This document shows positions 1 through 13,130 of a stretch of 64,000 nt of DNA, in pieces. Source of the DNA: Malacoraja senta (lineage: Eukaryota); assembly GCA_038087875.1 (NCBI GenBank), contig JAXLNO010003530.1:62001-126000 (forward strand), given 5' to 3'. The number at the start of each line of letters is the position of its first letter. Positions within the stretch are counted from its first letter, which is position 1. The notes beneath the pieces are model-generated. The model was not told where the DNA came from. It searched no databases and saw nothing but the letters and a program-made list of their open reading frames with translations. The translations under genes were made by a program, and so were the position numbers.

Positions 1-1651
1 ACTTCTTCATTGTTGGCCCTTAGCATGAATGGTCACATTAGTGTCGCTTGTTACAGAACATGCACTATTACTAGAGTCAGAATCATACGGCACAGAAACA
101 GGCCTTTGTCACCCTTCCCCCATCCCAAGATCATGCCGACCATCAAGCATCAGTTCCTGTAACAGGTTCATCTCTGACCATGAGCAGATAGGCAAGAGTG
201 GGAGCAAATGAATACAAGCTCATCCGGCTGGAAAGTGTTGGGGAGGTGTTGGAGCCTGTAGCAAAGGCCGACTGTTGGAGAGGAGAGAGACCGTCATCTG
301 GGCTATTTGGGGAGGGAAAGGAGAGGGACAGTTTTCCACAAGTAGTATTAGTTGGTATTGGTTTTATTATTATTGTATTATTTACAGTATTGCAGTATTA
401 TTAAATGGACTTTATCTTGCACGAAATGGTATTCCCTTTATTCCCATTATCCTGTATCTGTACACTGTCTGGTTAGCACACAACAAAAGCTTCTCACTGT
501 CCTCAGTACACGTGACAATAAGTAAACTAAACTATACGAAAAATTAAGCTAAACTATTATCATGTGCATCAAGATACAGTGAAAAAACTTGTTTACGTGC
601 CATCCAGTCAAATCCATGAATACAATCAAACCTGACCCAAAACGTCCCCCATCTTTGCACTACCCCCAGGTAGTGCAAAGAAAAAATGCCACTGTACAGA
701 ATATAGTACTATAGTTTATAGTTACAGAGAAAGTGCAGATAAAAATAATTGCAAGGGCCGCAATGAGGTAGTTTGGGAGATAGTATGGACGAGTTGGCCA
801 AATGGTCTGTTTCCATGCTTTATGACTCAGTGACTCCTTGAGTCTATGACTTATTGAGTGATGGGGATTTGAGGTATTAAATGAGAGGCAAACAGTATTC
901 GTAGCAGGAGCAGGGAGAGAGGGAGATGCATTTTGATGCTAAGCTGTGTTGTGCTGTATGGTGCAGCTTGAGGAAGCTTCAGTTGAAGGTCATTTGTCAT
1001 CATTTGTTAGTCAAGTCTCTTTCAGGTCTGCAAGGCAGCGGTGCAGCGGGTGGAGCCGCTGCTTTATACCTTCAGAGACCATGGTTGGAACCTGTTGCAG
1101 TTTGCATGTTCGAGCGTGTTTGCCCTGTGACCGCATGGGTGTTCCAGATACTGCAGGTTCTTCCCACATCCCAGAGAAGTACAGCTCAGCAGATTAATTG
1201 GCCACTGTTAACTGATCAGGGTAAATTGCCCCTAGTGTGCAGATGAGTGTTAGAATCTCAGGGAGATTGGGAGGGGAAGTGGAGGGTGTAGAAACAAAGT
1301 TACTCTATAAATTAGTGGGGGAATGGATTAGCTTTTTCAGTTTGTGTAGAGGTGATGGCTTGATCAAGTCTCCTTTTCTGCTGTAAGGATATATTGATAA
1401 TATAGCAACCATGCCAATAAACCCAGCCATGATAAACACATGGAAGGCAAGATACTTGCTTACAAATGGGTAGGCGGTAAAGCTGGTAATCCAGACGTGG
1501 CAGAGAAACCTCCTTCAGTACGGAAGCATGAACCTGTGGCAAGCAGATTGTGGTGACGTGAAGAGTGAGCAGGTTGGTTGGTGACAGAGACAAGAGCTGG
1601 TAGCGGAGTAGAGCTGCGGTAACACTTACAGCATTGTGCAGCTGAAGGATA

Positions 1652-1943
1652 CACTGTGGCACAGCGGTAAAGTTGCTGCCTTATTGCTGCCTTATAGCGC
1701 CAGAGACCCAGGTTCGATCCTGATTACGGGTGCTGTCTGTACGAAGTTAGTGACTGCGTGGGTTTTCTCCGGCTGCTCCGGTTTCCTCCCATACTCCAAA
1801 GACGTACAGGATTGTAGGTTAATTGGCTTCAATAATATTGTAAATTGTCCCTAGTGTGTAGGACAGTGCTAGTGTACAGGGTAATTGCTGGTGGGGCAAA
1901 GGGCCTGTTTCCACACTGTATCTCTAAAGTCTAAAGTCTAAAG
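1652..1943 (+). mobile_element. tRNA-derived V-SINE (HE1-like)
   Basis: A box tggcacagcgg, B box ggttcgatcc, V-domain gggttttctccggctgctccggtttcctccca, CR1-like tail and (CTAAAGT)n. An older copy lies at ~1035-1245. Confidence 0.85.
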
Positions 1944-2552
1944 CTGTGTTATACGACACGGTCCATTGTATGCTGTTGAGAGGTGAAGGAATGGACCTCA
2001 AATTCAATTGCACAGTGCATGGTTTCAGTGTGTCTACAATTGCTATGAGATGCAAAGGTGATCAGGTTGCTGCAGATCCAACACATAACTTGTGAGCACA
2101 CCACTCTCATTCATGCCTGAACACTGGACATGCACAATAATACCAGTCTGTGCGCAACACATTTTTTAATATTGTTGCCATGGGAATATATTGTTGTTCC
2201 TTTATCGTTGCCGGGTTTAACTCCAGGAACGCCCTCCCTAACAGCTCTGTGGGAAGATCTTCACAGAAGGACTCGCAGTTCAGGAAGGCACGATAGTGTC
2301 ATTCTGAGAGGCTTTTAGATAGGCATGTGGAAATGCAGGGAATAGAGGGATATGGATCATGTACAGGCAGACGAGATTTAACGTGGCAACATATTCAGCA
2401 CAAACATTGCGGGCCGAATGGCCTGTTCCTCTGCTGTACTGTTCTATGTTCTAAGGCAGTTCATCATTATCCCTTCAAGGGCAAGTCGGGTTGGAACATA
2501 TATGCTGGCCTCGCCAGCAACAGTTAGATCCTGATGAATGATTCAATAAAAA

Positions 2553-2599
2553 AGTGTGCATATGCAAATATGTGTGTGTGTGTCCATATGTGCATGCAG

Positions 2600-2630
<31 letters not shown>

Positions 2631-3092
2631 ATGAATGTATATGTGTGTTTATGAATTTGTGTGTGCCAATGTATGTGCGTAAATGAGTGTGCTTCAATGC
2701 ATGTGTGAATGTGTGTGTACAAATGTGTGTGCTTGTGCATGTGTGTGAGTCTTTGGGCATGTCTGTGTGCATGTCTGTGTGTGTGTATACGAGTGTGTGT
2801 GTATCTGTTTAGGTGTGTTTGTTGTGAATTGGGGTATCTCCACCTTGGCCTCAGCATGTGTGTGTGTCTGCGTCAGTGTGTGTGTGTCTTTAGGTGTGTT
2901 TGTTGTCTACACCTTAGCCTCAGAGAGTGTGTGCAGCTGTGTGTGTGTCTGCCTGTGTGTGTGTATATGTGTGTGTATGTATGTGTATGTATGTGCCTCT
3001 GTGTGTGCGTGTGTATGTATGTGCCTCTGTGTGTGTGGGTTTGTGTGTGTGTATGTATGTGCCCCTGTGTGTGTGGGTTTGTGTGTGTGGGT
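2553..3092. repeat. Degenerate (TG)n microsatellite
   Basis: About 540 bp of TG-rich low complexity; explains the CV/HT-rich ORFs. Confidence 0.95.
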
Positions 3093-3640
3093 GGTCAGTT
3101 CCTTCTCTGAATTTTGCACTGCAGATGTGGAGTGTGTGAGCTACCGACAGTGTTGCAGGTGGCTTTAACCTGAGAGGTGACCTGTTTGATTTGTGGAGCA
3201 GATATCTATATTTGCCGTTGCATTGTAAAAGGCCTTTACTCTGCAGCGGACAACAAGCTGTGGGGATCAGAGCTATGACTGGATTATTTTGAACACATGT
3301 TCTATTAACCCTCGACCATACTCAGGTTGCATCGCTTACCTCCCTGCCCCATCACTGGTTTTATTACTCTTCCATTCTGCATTGTGCATCTGTGGCATAA
3401 TTAGCCTGTGGTTACTGGTCTACAGTGGAGTGACATGTGGTGTGCAGTGTAATGCCCATAGGCAATGGAGCTTTGGAAGTGTGTGTGTCCAACATGCCCA
3501 CAATGTTACATATGTGATCAGATATTTCATGCAGTCACACTCATTTCCATTTGAGTGAAGGATGAACATTTGACTATCTGTAATATCGCATGTGAACAAT
3601 ATTTGGTATTTTACGTTTTTTGGTTTTAGTTTTAATTTTA

Positions 3641-3873
3641 AGGGCCTGTCCCGCATGCCGATTTTTTTGGCGATTGCCGGCGTCATAGCAGTGCCGCCAA
3701 AAGATTTTGAACATTTCAAAATCCAGCAGCGACAAAAAAATTTTTGCGACACTTGAAAAAACACCACGCGTCATACATCATCACTCCGCGTCACGCCGCA
3801 AATTTTTCGGTGACCTGATGCGTCAGTGAATTATGCCGGCAGTCGCCGAAAAAATTGCCAAGGGACAGGCCCT
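3641..3873. mobile_element. PIF/Harbinger-type MITE
   Basis: TIR agggcctgtccc / gggacaggccct with further subterminal complementarity. TTA TSD at 3638-3640 and 3874-3876. Confidence 0.85.
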
Positions 3874-4093
3874 TTAGAGATACAGCAGGGACAATTTACA
3901 ATTTATTTTACCAAAGCCAATTAACCTACAAACCTGTCGTCTTTGGAGTGTGGGAGGAAACCAGAGAACCTGGAGAAAACCCACGTGGTCACAGGGAGAA
4001 TGTTCAAACTCTATGCAGACAGCACCGGTGGTCAGGATCGAACCCTGGTCTATGTGGCTGTGAGGCAGCAGCTCTACCATTGTGCCACCATGA
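3874..4093 (-). mobile_element. V-SINE (HE1-like); tail interrupted by the Harbinger MITE
   Basis: Reverse complement of the SINE consensus seen throughout the window. Confidence 0.85.
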
Positions 4094-7000
4094 CGCCATT
4101 AAAGTTGTCACTCTATTAAAAATTGTGTATCATGTAACTCTAGGGTGCATCAATATGTGTAGAAGGTTATAGTCATGGAGTAACAATTCGGAAATAGGCT
4201 CTTTGGCCCACCTAGTGTTTGCTGACAAACAAGTACCATTTAACACTAAACCCTACCTATGTCCTTGAATATCCCACAGATTCCACCACTCACACACTTG
4301 GGACTATTTACAATGGCCAATTAACACACCAATCCCCCACATCCTTGGGAGGGGAGCAAGCAGTGAATACAGATCTTAAAGGAGCCGTCCTTTCACGAGG
4401 ATTCAAATGCAATGCTACCATTTGGGCCAGGCTGGTCCCGTTTAAGCCGTGCATTGCCACCTAGTGAGGATCTCCTCTTCGATGGCTTGAGCCACTCAGC
4501 TATTTGCATTTAACAGGTGACAGTAAACACATCAAAATCAAAGATCATTGAAGTTGGCAATGCAGTTAGATAATGGGGTTAAATAGGCATTTGGGATGCC
4601 GGGCTTCATTAGTTGGGGCACTGAGCATTAAAGCAGGAATGTTTGAGTTTTGTTTATCATCATGTGTACCGAGCTTTTTTATTGTGTGCTATCCAGTCAG
4701 TGGAAAGACAATACATGATTACATTTGAGCCATCCACAGTGTACAGATACATGATAAAGGGAATAACATGAATAAAGTTTAGTGCAAGATAAAACCAGTA
4801 AAGTCCAAGGGTCTCCAATTAGGCTGATAGTAGTTCAGGACTGCTCTCTAGTAGCTGACAGGATGGTTCAGTTGCCTAATAATAAATGGGAAGAAACTGT
4901 CCCTGAATCTGTAGGTGTGCGTTTTCACACTTCTATACCTTTTGCCTGATGGGGGAGAGGAGAAGAGGGAGTGTCCAGTGTGCAATTCGTCCTTGATTAT
5001 GCTTGTGGCCTTGCAGAGCAGTGTGAGGAGTAGATGGAGTCAATGGAAGGGAGGTTGGTTTGTGTAATGTCTGGGCTGCATTTTTTGGTGGTTATGCTCT
5101 AACTTCATAAAACATTGTTCAGACTTCGCTCAGAGTACCGTCTGCAGTTCTGGTCCCCACAATGCAGCAAAGACACAATATTACTGAAGAGGATGCAGAG
5201 GAGATTCACCAAGATGTTGCCTGGGCTGGAGTGTCTCAGATGTGAGGAATACAGGAGAGGAAAAGGATGTTTTTCCCAGTGCAGAGGAGATTAAGAGGGG
5301 ACGTGATTAATTCATACAAAATGATGAGGGCTATTGATAGTGTTGAGTGCAGGAAATACTCGCCATATCAGGGGTATCATATGGGTGCCCACAGGTCAGT
5401 GTAGATGTGATGGGCCGAATGACCTGTTTCCATGCTGTACGACTATGACTCTATGTGACTTGCTCGAGTTGATGCCACCTCTCATGTCAGGGCACCTCAG
5501 CGTCTAAGTGACTCATATGTTGTGGAGTAAATTCAGCGCGGTGTTGGAACTGCAAAGTAAGGAGTTCAGTTGGGGTTTTTCATTAAATTCCTTTGCATCG
5601 TACACACTCCACAATAGAATTTCCATGACAGATTATTTTGGCAGATCACAAAATTGACGAAGTGTTCTTGTGTGTACCAGTGTCGACTGATCTTGGGCTC
5701 ACCCTGTCTGTTTCACTTCCCTACCCCATGGAAGCCACACCACCCACCCTGTAGAAGCACCCTGGGCCTCCTTTATATTTCCATGGCAACCTTGTAGTTG
5801 CTCTGCAGCTTTGAGGGAGAGGGTGAAGCTGGGTGGAATCAGGGCTGAGTCAAAACAAGGTTCTCAGTTATTCATCAGGATTTACGCCAAGTTGCGGTGG
5901 CAAGTTGTAAGTCATCAGCCCCTGAAGAAAAGAACACCCTCAGCATTTTATTTTATACATTGCAAAAATGTCACCGCTCAGCCTCATGTATTCCAAGGTA
6001 TAGAGTCCTCGCCTGCCCAACACTTCCCCATAGCTCAGGCCTTCTACTACTGGCAACATCCTCATAAATCTTCTCTGCACTCTTTCCAGCTTAATGTCCT
6101 CTTTCCTATAACCTGAAAGAAATTCAACAGTCACTTGCTCTAAGTATGAACTGATAAAAAAATTGTTTAGCACAGATTGTTCAGGAAAATTGCATTTGAC
6201 TAACTTGATGGAGTTCTTTGATGGGACGACCGAGAGATTGGCTAAGGGCAGCGTGGTTGAGGTTATGCTTGCAACTGGTGCTTGTATAGAAATCGCACAT
6301 CAGACTTGTGTCCTGGGAAAGAAGGCGGAGAAGCAGGTAGGATACAAAAGTGGCTGAAGGTGAAAAAATAGAAAGTTCTAGTGAAGGGTGACACAAAAAG
6401 CTGGAGTAATTCTGCGGGTCAGGCAGCATCTCTGGAGAAAAGGAATAGGTGGCGTTTCCGGTCGAGACACTTCTTCAATCAACATGTAGACAAAGTTTGG
6501 ACGAGTGAGAGCTACACAGTGGTGTCTTCCTGTTCCCACTGCTGTTTTTGGTAAATATTAATCACCTAAACTCAGGAGATCCAGAGCACAATTTCATAGA
6601 AAGCATGAAAGTCTAATAACATTGAGGAAGGTTATAAGAGGCTGTCAGTGATGCTAAATAACCATATACATGACAGATTGCATTCAATACACGAAAGCAC
6701 AAGGTGATATATCTTAGGGAAAATGAGGACAAATGCTTATTAAATGGAGGGCATATGAACACACACCCTGTGTGCGGTTATGTACAAACCTTTAACAGTG
6801 CAAGAGAAGGCATGTTTAACAAAGCAACTAATAAATAATACAGGATATTAGGCTACATAAAGAGAAGGAGAGAGGTCAAGGGATCAGGAAGTTGGGTTGA
6901 ACCTATATAAAATAATAGCTGGGAATCATGTCCTGTTCTGGGTACCACACCAGGACATGAAGGTTTTAGTGAGGGCACAGAAAAGATTTAGTGGAAGGCT

Positions 7001-7590
7001 CTGGGGAAAATGGGGGGAAGCTGGAATAAAAAACAGAGAACGTTGGAATGGCTCAGGAAGCATAACATTGCACTCTTTCATTTTGGAGGAGGGAAGGGCT
7101 CGGAAGAGATATGACAGGGACCGCTGGGCTTTGAGAGGGTGTAAAAGTGACCGAGGGATCAATAACTATACGTTTTCAGCAAAGGGAAACCTGGGACATC
7201 AGGAAAAAAGATTTTTGTATCGAACCATGTATATGTTCAAAAGGGAATTTGATGGGAGAAAAAATTGAAGTAAATGAGGAAAGTGAGACATGGAACTAAC
7301 TGTGGATCAAGTAGATTACTGTGTGCTACACTATTGTATGATACTGTGTACCCTACACTATCCCATTCACAGCCCGTAAACACAACACTTTTCCCCCACC
7401 ACTGCATCCCTCCAGTACATCATCTCATTCCGATTCATCACAAATCTCAGTCTCGTTCTCTCTGACTTTGGTTTTACAAGATCCATTTCAGTTTTCCCTG
7501 ATTTCGTAGTTATTGTGTTATTTAGCACGGAGACAGGCCCTTTGGCCCAACTCATCCAGCCTGACCATGGTGGTTTCCTGAGCCAGTCCT

Positions 7591-8119
7591 TTTCTTTTTT
7601 TAAATCTTTTTATTTGCTCTTTTTTCCAAAAACAAAAACAAAACAAAAAACAAAACAAAAAGAATAATGCTAAACATAACAATGATATTGATACATAGGG
7701 ATCAGGATTACATTAATAACAGGTATAAACTAAATATGAGTCCAGTATCAAAATACACATTGAGTATAGACCTCTATGTAAATATAGTTAAATGTTTAAA
7801 AGAAAACTTATATATGTTAAAAAAAAAGATAAAAAGAAAAAAAAGATTAAAAAAGGAAGAAACAAAACCCCCCTAAACTAAAAAAAAAGCAAAACAGAAT
7901 CTGAGCTGAGAATTTCAACAATTTAAGTCCCTGTTTGTCGTCAAGTCCGTTCCACCATATAAAGGTAAAATAATTTTTATAACGGTTGGAGAGGGAGCAA
8001 TTTATGTTGTGTGAAAATGTTGAATAAATCTTCCCCAAGTCTTATCAAATTTAACCAAGGGTCACTCCTGATTTTTTCTAAATTTAAACATGATATCGTT
8101 TCAGAGTACCAATGGAGTG
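7591..8119 (-). mobile_element. 5'-truncated L1/Tx1-like LINE 3' end
   Basis: Minus-strand WYSETISCLNLEKIRS…KFDKTWGRFIQHF (with a frameshift), A-rich tail, 16-bp TSD ttcctgagccagtcct at 7575-7590 and 8120-8135. Confidence 0.8.
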
Positions 8120-8215
8120 TTCCTGAGCCAGTCCTATTCGCCTGCTGGCAATGAATGTGTGGGTGGGGGATATCGTGGAAAATAGCCTGTCCTGGAATTT
8201 TCTAATTAAAACAAT

Positions 8216-8526
8216 TTAGACTTTAGACTTCAGAGACCCAGCACAGAAACAGGCCCTTCGCCCCAAGGAGTCAGTGCTGACCTGTCTTCACCCCATGCTC
8301 TAGGACCATCCCACACAAGAGGGACAATTTACAACTTTACCAAACCTTATTAACTGACATACCTGTATGTCTTTGGAGTGTGGGAGGAAACCAGAGCATC
8401 TGGAGAAAATCCACAAGGTCACAGGGAGAACGTACAAACTCTGTTCAGACAGCTTCCGTAGTCAAGATCGAACCTGGGTCACTAGCTCTGAAAGACAGCA
8501 ACTCTACCACTGTGCCACTGTGCCAT
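8216..8526 (-). mobile_element. V-SINE (HE1-like), full length
   Basis: A/B boxes, V-domain, tail repeat. Confidence 0.85.
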
Positions 8527-8543
8527 CCTTTACATGCAATCAT

Positions 8544-10095
8544 TAGCAATGTTACAAAATTTTGAGATTTTAAAAATCAAGTCTGCAATTTATCTCATCA
8601 GATAAAGCATAAAAAGAAGTTTAATTTGACACCTAATTCACTTTCATATCTTCAGTATTTAAAAAGTTATGGCCATTTCCATACTTGGAAATTAGCATCT
8701 TGTTCCCTATTGCTTTTCCATTGACTTAACACAAAAGCTGTGATCGAGGACAGTCAAAAGCCCATAACTTTCTTAAAAATTAAGAGAACTGAATGAAATT
8801 TTCAGTTATTATAGATTGAAGCATTCTGAAACAAATATAAAACATCTTACTTGGACGACCTGAAATTAAAGCATATAATTAGTTAATTACCTAATTGTAG
8901 ATAATTACAAAATTGACCGTTGTGACGGAAATAGTAATAAACACCCAGACTGCCTTGAAAATTAAAAAATGTGATATTCTCAGGATCAGAATATTATTAT
9001 TGTATAATATGCTGTAAGTCCGTAACAGATAGGTAAATAAATTACAATTTCTAACAATAGACCAAGTCTTTATGGAGAAGATCAGTTGCTAGCTGGTACA
9101 TTGGCATATCATAATCAGTAGCATCATCATACTCCTCAGATTGTAACCAATAAGCAACTCTGTACACCTTGTTTTTCCTCAACTTTTCAATTTTGGCATT
9201 GTAAACTACAAGTTTTTGTTCTTCAAATCACACATGACATGCCTTTCTGCCCATTACTTTCCCATTAACAATGTCCTGTAGATTCCATTTCTTAAGAAAA
9301 GGATAATTTTTTAAAATAGCCTAAGTATCCAAATAACAAACTAATCCCATTCACACAAGAATTCACAATTTAACATGATTTTTTAAATCTCATTGTCATG
9401 AATTTATGTGCCAGATGGAAGGAATTTAAAGTTTAATTCCCATAAATTAATCCAGAAACATCCTCTCAAAATATAATCAAAATTATTGTTTTTTGCACAA
9501 TACATGTGACTCAAACTGTTGTGAATAATTAGTTTTAAAATAATGATCATGGAGAGAGAATAACACAAAATATAGATAATTTGGACGGCTTATGACATGA
9601 TTGTCCAAAAAAAAGGGCATTTTAATCATCTTGCTTCTGGAACGCGATCGATTGGAACTTTGCGGTTGCGGTGAATTTGAACCCCATATCGGCAGGAAAA
9701 ACACTGCTGGTTCGTATGGGGCCCAAATCACATTTTCGCAACGTAAAATTAGATTAAAGCCATCCCAAGAAGCGAGCTTATATGTAAAATAAACGTCTTA
9801 CCCTTTGTTTCATCCCGTTCTTGCGTTCCATCACGTTGTAGGCATTGAGGGTGTTCGAAGTCACTTTTTATTTTAATCCAAATATTAAATTGTCCAGTGA
9901 TTTAAAAAAAAAAGATAGCGCGTACGGGAGTCGGATCGATTCTTCTTCAGCAGCTAGCAGCCCGAGGAAGTCCGCCGCCGACAGGCAGTATAAAACGGTA
10001 TTTTAATCCCGCCCACCCTCAAAGGCGCCAAAGTTGCGCACACGGCCAGTGGCAGAACTGCAGCGCCGCTGAAGATAAGTATTGTAACATCGCTA
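8544..10095. mobile_element. Non-autonomous DNA transposon, hAT-like, 7-bp TSD
   Basis: TIRs tagcaatgttacaa (8544-8557) and ttgtaacatcgcta (10082-10095), 13/14 match. TSD caatcat at 8537-8543 and 10096-10102. AT-rich interior with no transposase ORF. Confidence 0.8.
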
Positions 10096-11539
10096 CAATC
10101 ATATAATTGGGGACACAATGGTATGAAGAAGAGAAGTAAATGGACATTATCTGTCACAGCCAATGAATAGTCATGGATTGGTTGTCTAGCATTGGGAATT
10201 AAACAAAGTTAGCGTATGAGTCGAAAATTAATTCACTGCTTCTGTAATGTTGAACTTCGGAAGAGAAATGAAGAGAAAGCTGAGGCAAAGCTTATCAAAG
10301 TCTCATCTTGCCCTTAGTTGCTAAGAAAGTGAACTGTGGTAGTGGACTTATTGGTAGGAAGTCTGTATCCACATCAAGTTGGAATACATTCACCTCCCTT
10401 CATGCCCAATCAGCTCCGATGATCCAATATTCCCATTCCCAACAATGTGGGACAGGAAAGCGTTAGGTGTTCTTCACAAAACTTCAAACTTCATGCTTTT
10501 TGACAGAGATTAAAGAAGATTATTCTGGTCTTCAGCCTGAAACAGAAAGTGTGTTTCTACTTCATCATATGCTGCCTGACCTGCTGAGTGTTTCTGGCAC
10601 TTTGTGTTTTTATTTCAGATTCACCACTCCCAGCTGCACTCCAGACCCCAACCCCACCTCACACTGCAGACCACAACCCCACCCCACACTCTAGACCCCA
10701 CTTCCAGCGTACACTTGGACCCCAGCTCCAGTCCATACTCCGGACTGACTTCATGTGTTCAGGGACACGTTCCTGCTCTTTGTCGCCTCTGGGAAGTATT
10801 TGGACTAAGCAATTGCAGTGTAAACTATGACTTAAGTCCTTTAGGAAATTACAGGTACTTGAGTCTGTAATTAAGGAATGAATGCCCGGACAACTTGAAT
10901 ATTTCCAGTTGAATGATGAGACTCGGATGGATTGAGAAACCTGGACTAGTTTGAGGAGGACATAAAGAATGGAGTGGACGTATCCATATTTGCTATTTAT
11001 AGGCCAGGAAACATTCTGTAAAAGCTCTTTAAAATGATTGCAAACAGAACTTAACTTGCACGAAATAGAGGAGACTAGCAAGTTAGTGGAGCAAGAGAGG
11101 ACAGGAAAGGTTCTTTAACTGACAGGATATAACTTGTGGATTTTATTACAGACTGTGTTGGAGCCATAACTATGCACTGTAGTTAATGAGGAACTGGTGA
11201 GCTAGAAAGCCACATATCTGAGTTGGCATCGAACACCAAACTGGGTGGCATTGTGAGCAATCTCTCAATTACTGAGAGCTATTAACAGTATTAAATGAAT
11301 GGCAACACAGGCAGGTGGAGATCAAGACAGATAAATGTGAGGTCAACCACTTTGGATTTAGACAGGATGAAACACAGTACTTTCGAAATGGTGCAAAGTT
11401 TAAAGCATTGGTAATACAGGGAGACTGCAGACATAAACATTTGTTATTTCTTAGACAAGTAGCAGAATCGAACCCTGACCTTCAACATGTTTTGTTACTT
11501 CTTGAGGTCCTGATTAGGCAAGCAAAATAAGTTCATGTT

Positions 11540-11910
11540 TATGTCATAGGAGCAGAATTAGGCCATTCAGCCCATTGAGTCTACTCCGCCATTCAATCAT
11601 GGCTGATCTATCTTTCCCTCTCACCCCCATTCTCCTGCCTTTTCCCCATAACTGCTGACACGCTTCCTAATCAAGAATCTGTCAAACTCCACCTTAAAAA
11701 TACCCAAAGGCTTGACCTTCACAGCCTTCTGTGGCAATGAATTCCATAGATTCACCACCTTCTGACTAAAGAAATCCCTCCTCCAATCATCCCTGGGATT
11801 GTTCTTGTAAATGTCCTCTGGACCCTCTCCAATGCCAGCACATCCTTCCTCAGATAAGGGGCCCAAAACTGCTCACAATACTTCAAATGCGGTCTGACCA
11901 GTGCCTTACA
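11540..11910 (-). mobile_element. CR1 LINE 3' fragment (internally deleted)
   Basis: Minus ORF with FFSQKVVNLWNSLPQKAV…YGEKAGEWG plus CR1 3' UTR. Similar fragments at ~18125-18355, 22160-22620 and 38620-38870. Confidence 0.75.
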
Positions 11911-12246
11911 AAGTGTTAACACTGATGAATGCTGTGAGCTTCAAACACGATGGGATCAAACACACTGAGGGATACATTGACCTCAGAAAGTGTGTAGTGT
12001 GGATTCATGGGCGTACAGTTGAATGACAACGTGAGGTGGGGGAAACTTGGACTGCACTCTCAGTAGTTAGAAAGTTAAATGCTGATTTGCTTCAAGGCAG
12101 AAAGTTACACATTAGCCACCATCTAAGGCTTGAGGAGCTAAGTGATCTATTCCTGTTTTTCTAGGTTCCCTCCAACATTGAGCCCATCACGCCAAGTTCT
12201 CTTCACCAGCTGCCCCATGTCACTGATCTGGTCTGGTCATGAGTCT

Positions 12247-12420
12247 GGCAGCAGTAGAGTTGCTGTCTTTACAGCGACAAAGACCTGGGGTTTCATCCTC
12301 ACTACTGGTGCTGTCTGTACAGAGTTTGTACGTTCTCCCTGTGAGCCCGTGGGTTTTCTCTGGGTGCTCTGGTTTCCTCACACACACCAAAGACCTACAG
12401 GTTTGTAGGTTAATTAGCTC
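12247..12420 (+). mobile_element. V-SINE (HE1-like), 3'-truncated
   Basis: tRNA head and V-domain. Confidence 0.8.
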
Positions 12421-12584
12421 CGGTAAAATAAAAATGTAAATGGGGATGCAGTCATCATATTGAGAGTCTGACACTGAGTGACATGTTAAAATGCATTAAA
12501 ATTAAGCATATCTTTCCAAACAAATTAGAATTGATCTTACATTCAATAAAACATAAACAAAAACTGAATATAGAGGTGTAGATG

Positions 12585-13130
12585 TTGTGTACACAACATT
12601 GCTGAGGCTGTACTTCGCGTATTGTGTTCAGTTTTGGTCACCCAGATGCCATTAAGCTAGAAAGTGTGCAGAAGAGATTTCTGAGGACGTTGGCAGGAGA
12701 TGAGGGACTAAGTTCTACAGAGAGATTAGGCAGCCTCAGACTTGAATCCTTGCAGTGTAGGCTGAGGGGGTGATCTTACAGAGGTGCAAAACATCATGAG
12801 GGTGAATGCTAGGGTGAATGCAGTCTTTTTCCAAGGTTAGGAGAATCAAGAGATACAGGGCACGGGATTAAGGTGAAATGGAAAAGATTTATTAGGAACC
12901 TGATGGGCAACTTTTTCACACAGAGGGTGCTGGGTATATGCTGCAAGCTGTCAGATGAGGTAGTTCAGGCAGGTACAATAACAACATTTAAAAGACACTT
13001 GGACAGATACCTAGATAGGAAAGATTGAGAGGGACATGGGAAAATGCGGGCAAATGGGACTCGATTAGATGGAACATCTTGGCTGGCATGGGCGACCTAC
13101 TGTTGTTTATGCGCTGTATGACTATGATTC
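12585..13130 (+). mobile_element. Degenerate CR1 LINE 3' fragment
   Basis: Decayed RPHLEYCVQFWSP and FFTQRVV-type sequence with a (ATGACT)n tail. Confidence 0.7.

Noticed and set aside
2524-3168. Cys/Val- and His/Thr-rich ORFs resembling metallothionein or keratin-associated proteins
   Set aside because: They are translations of a (TG)n microsatellite.
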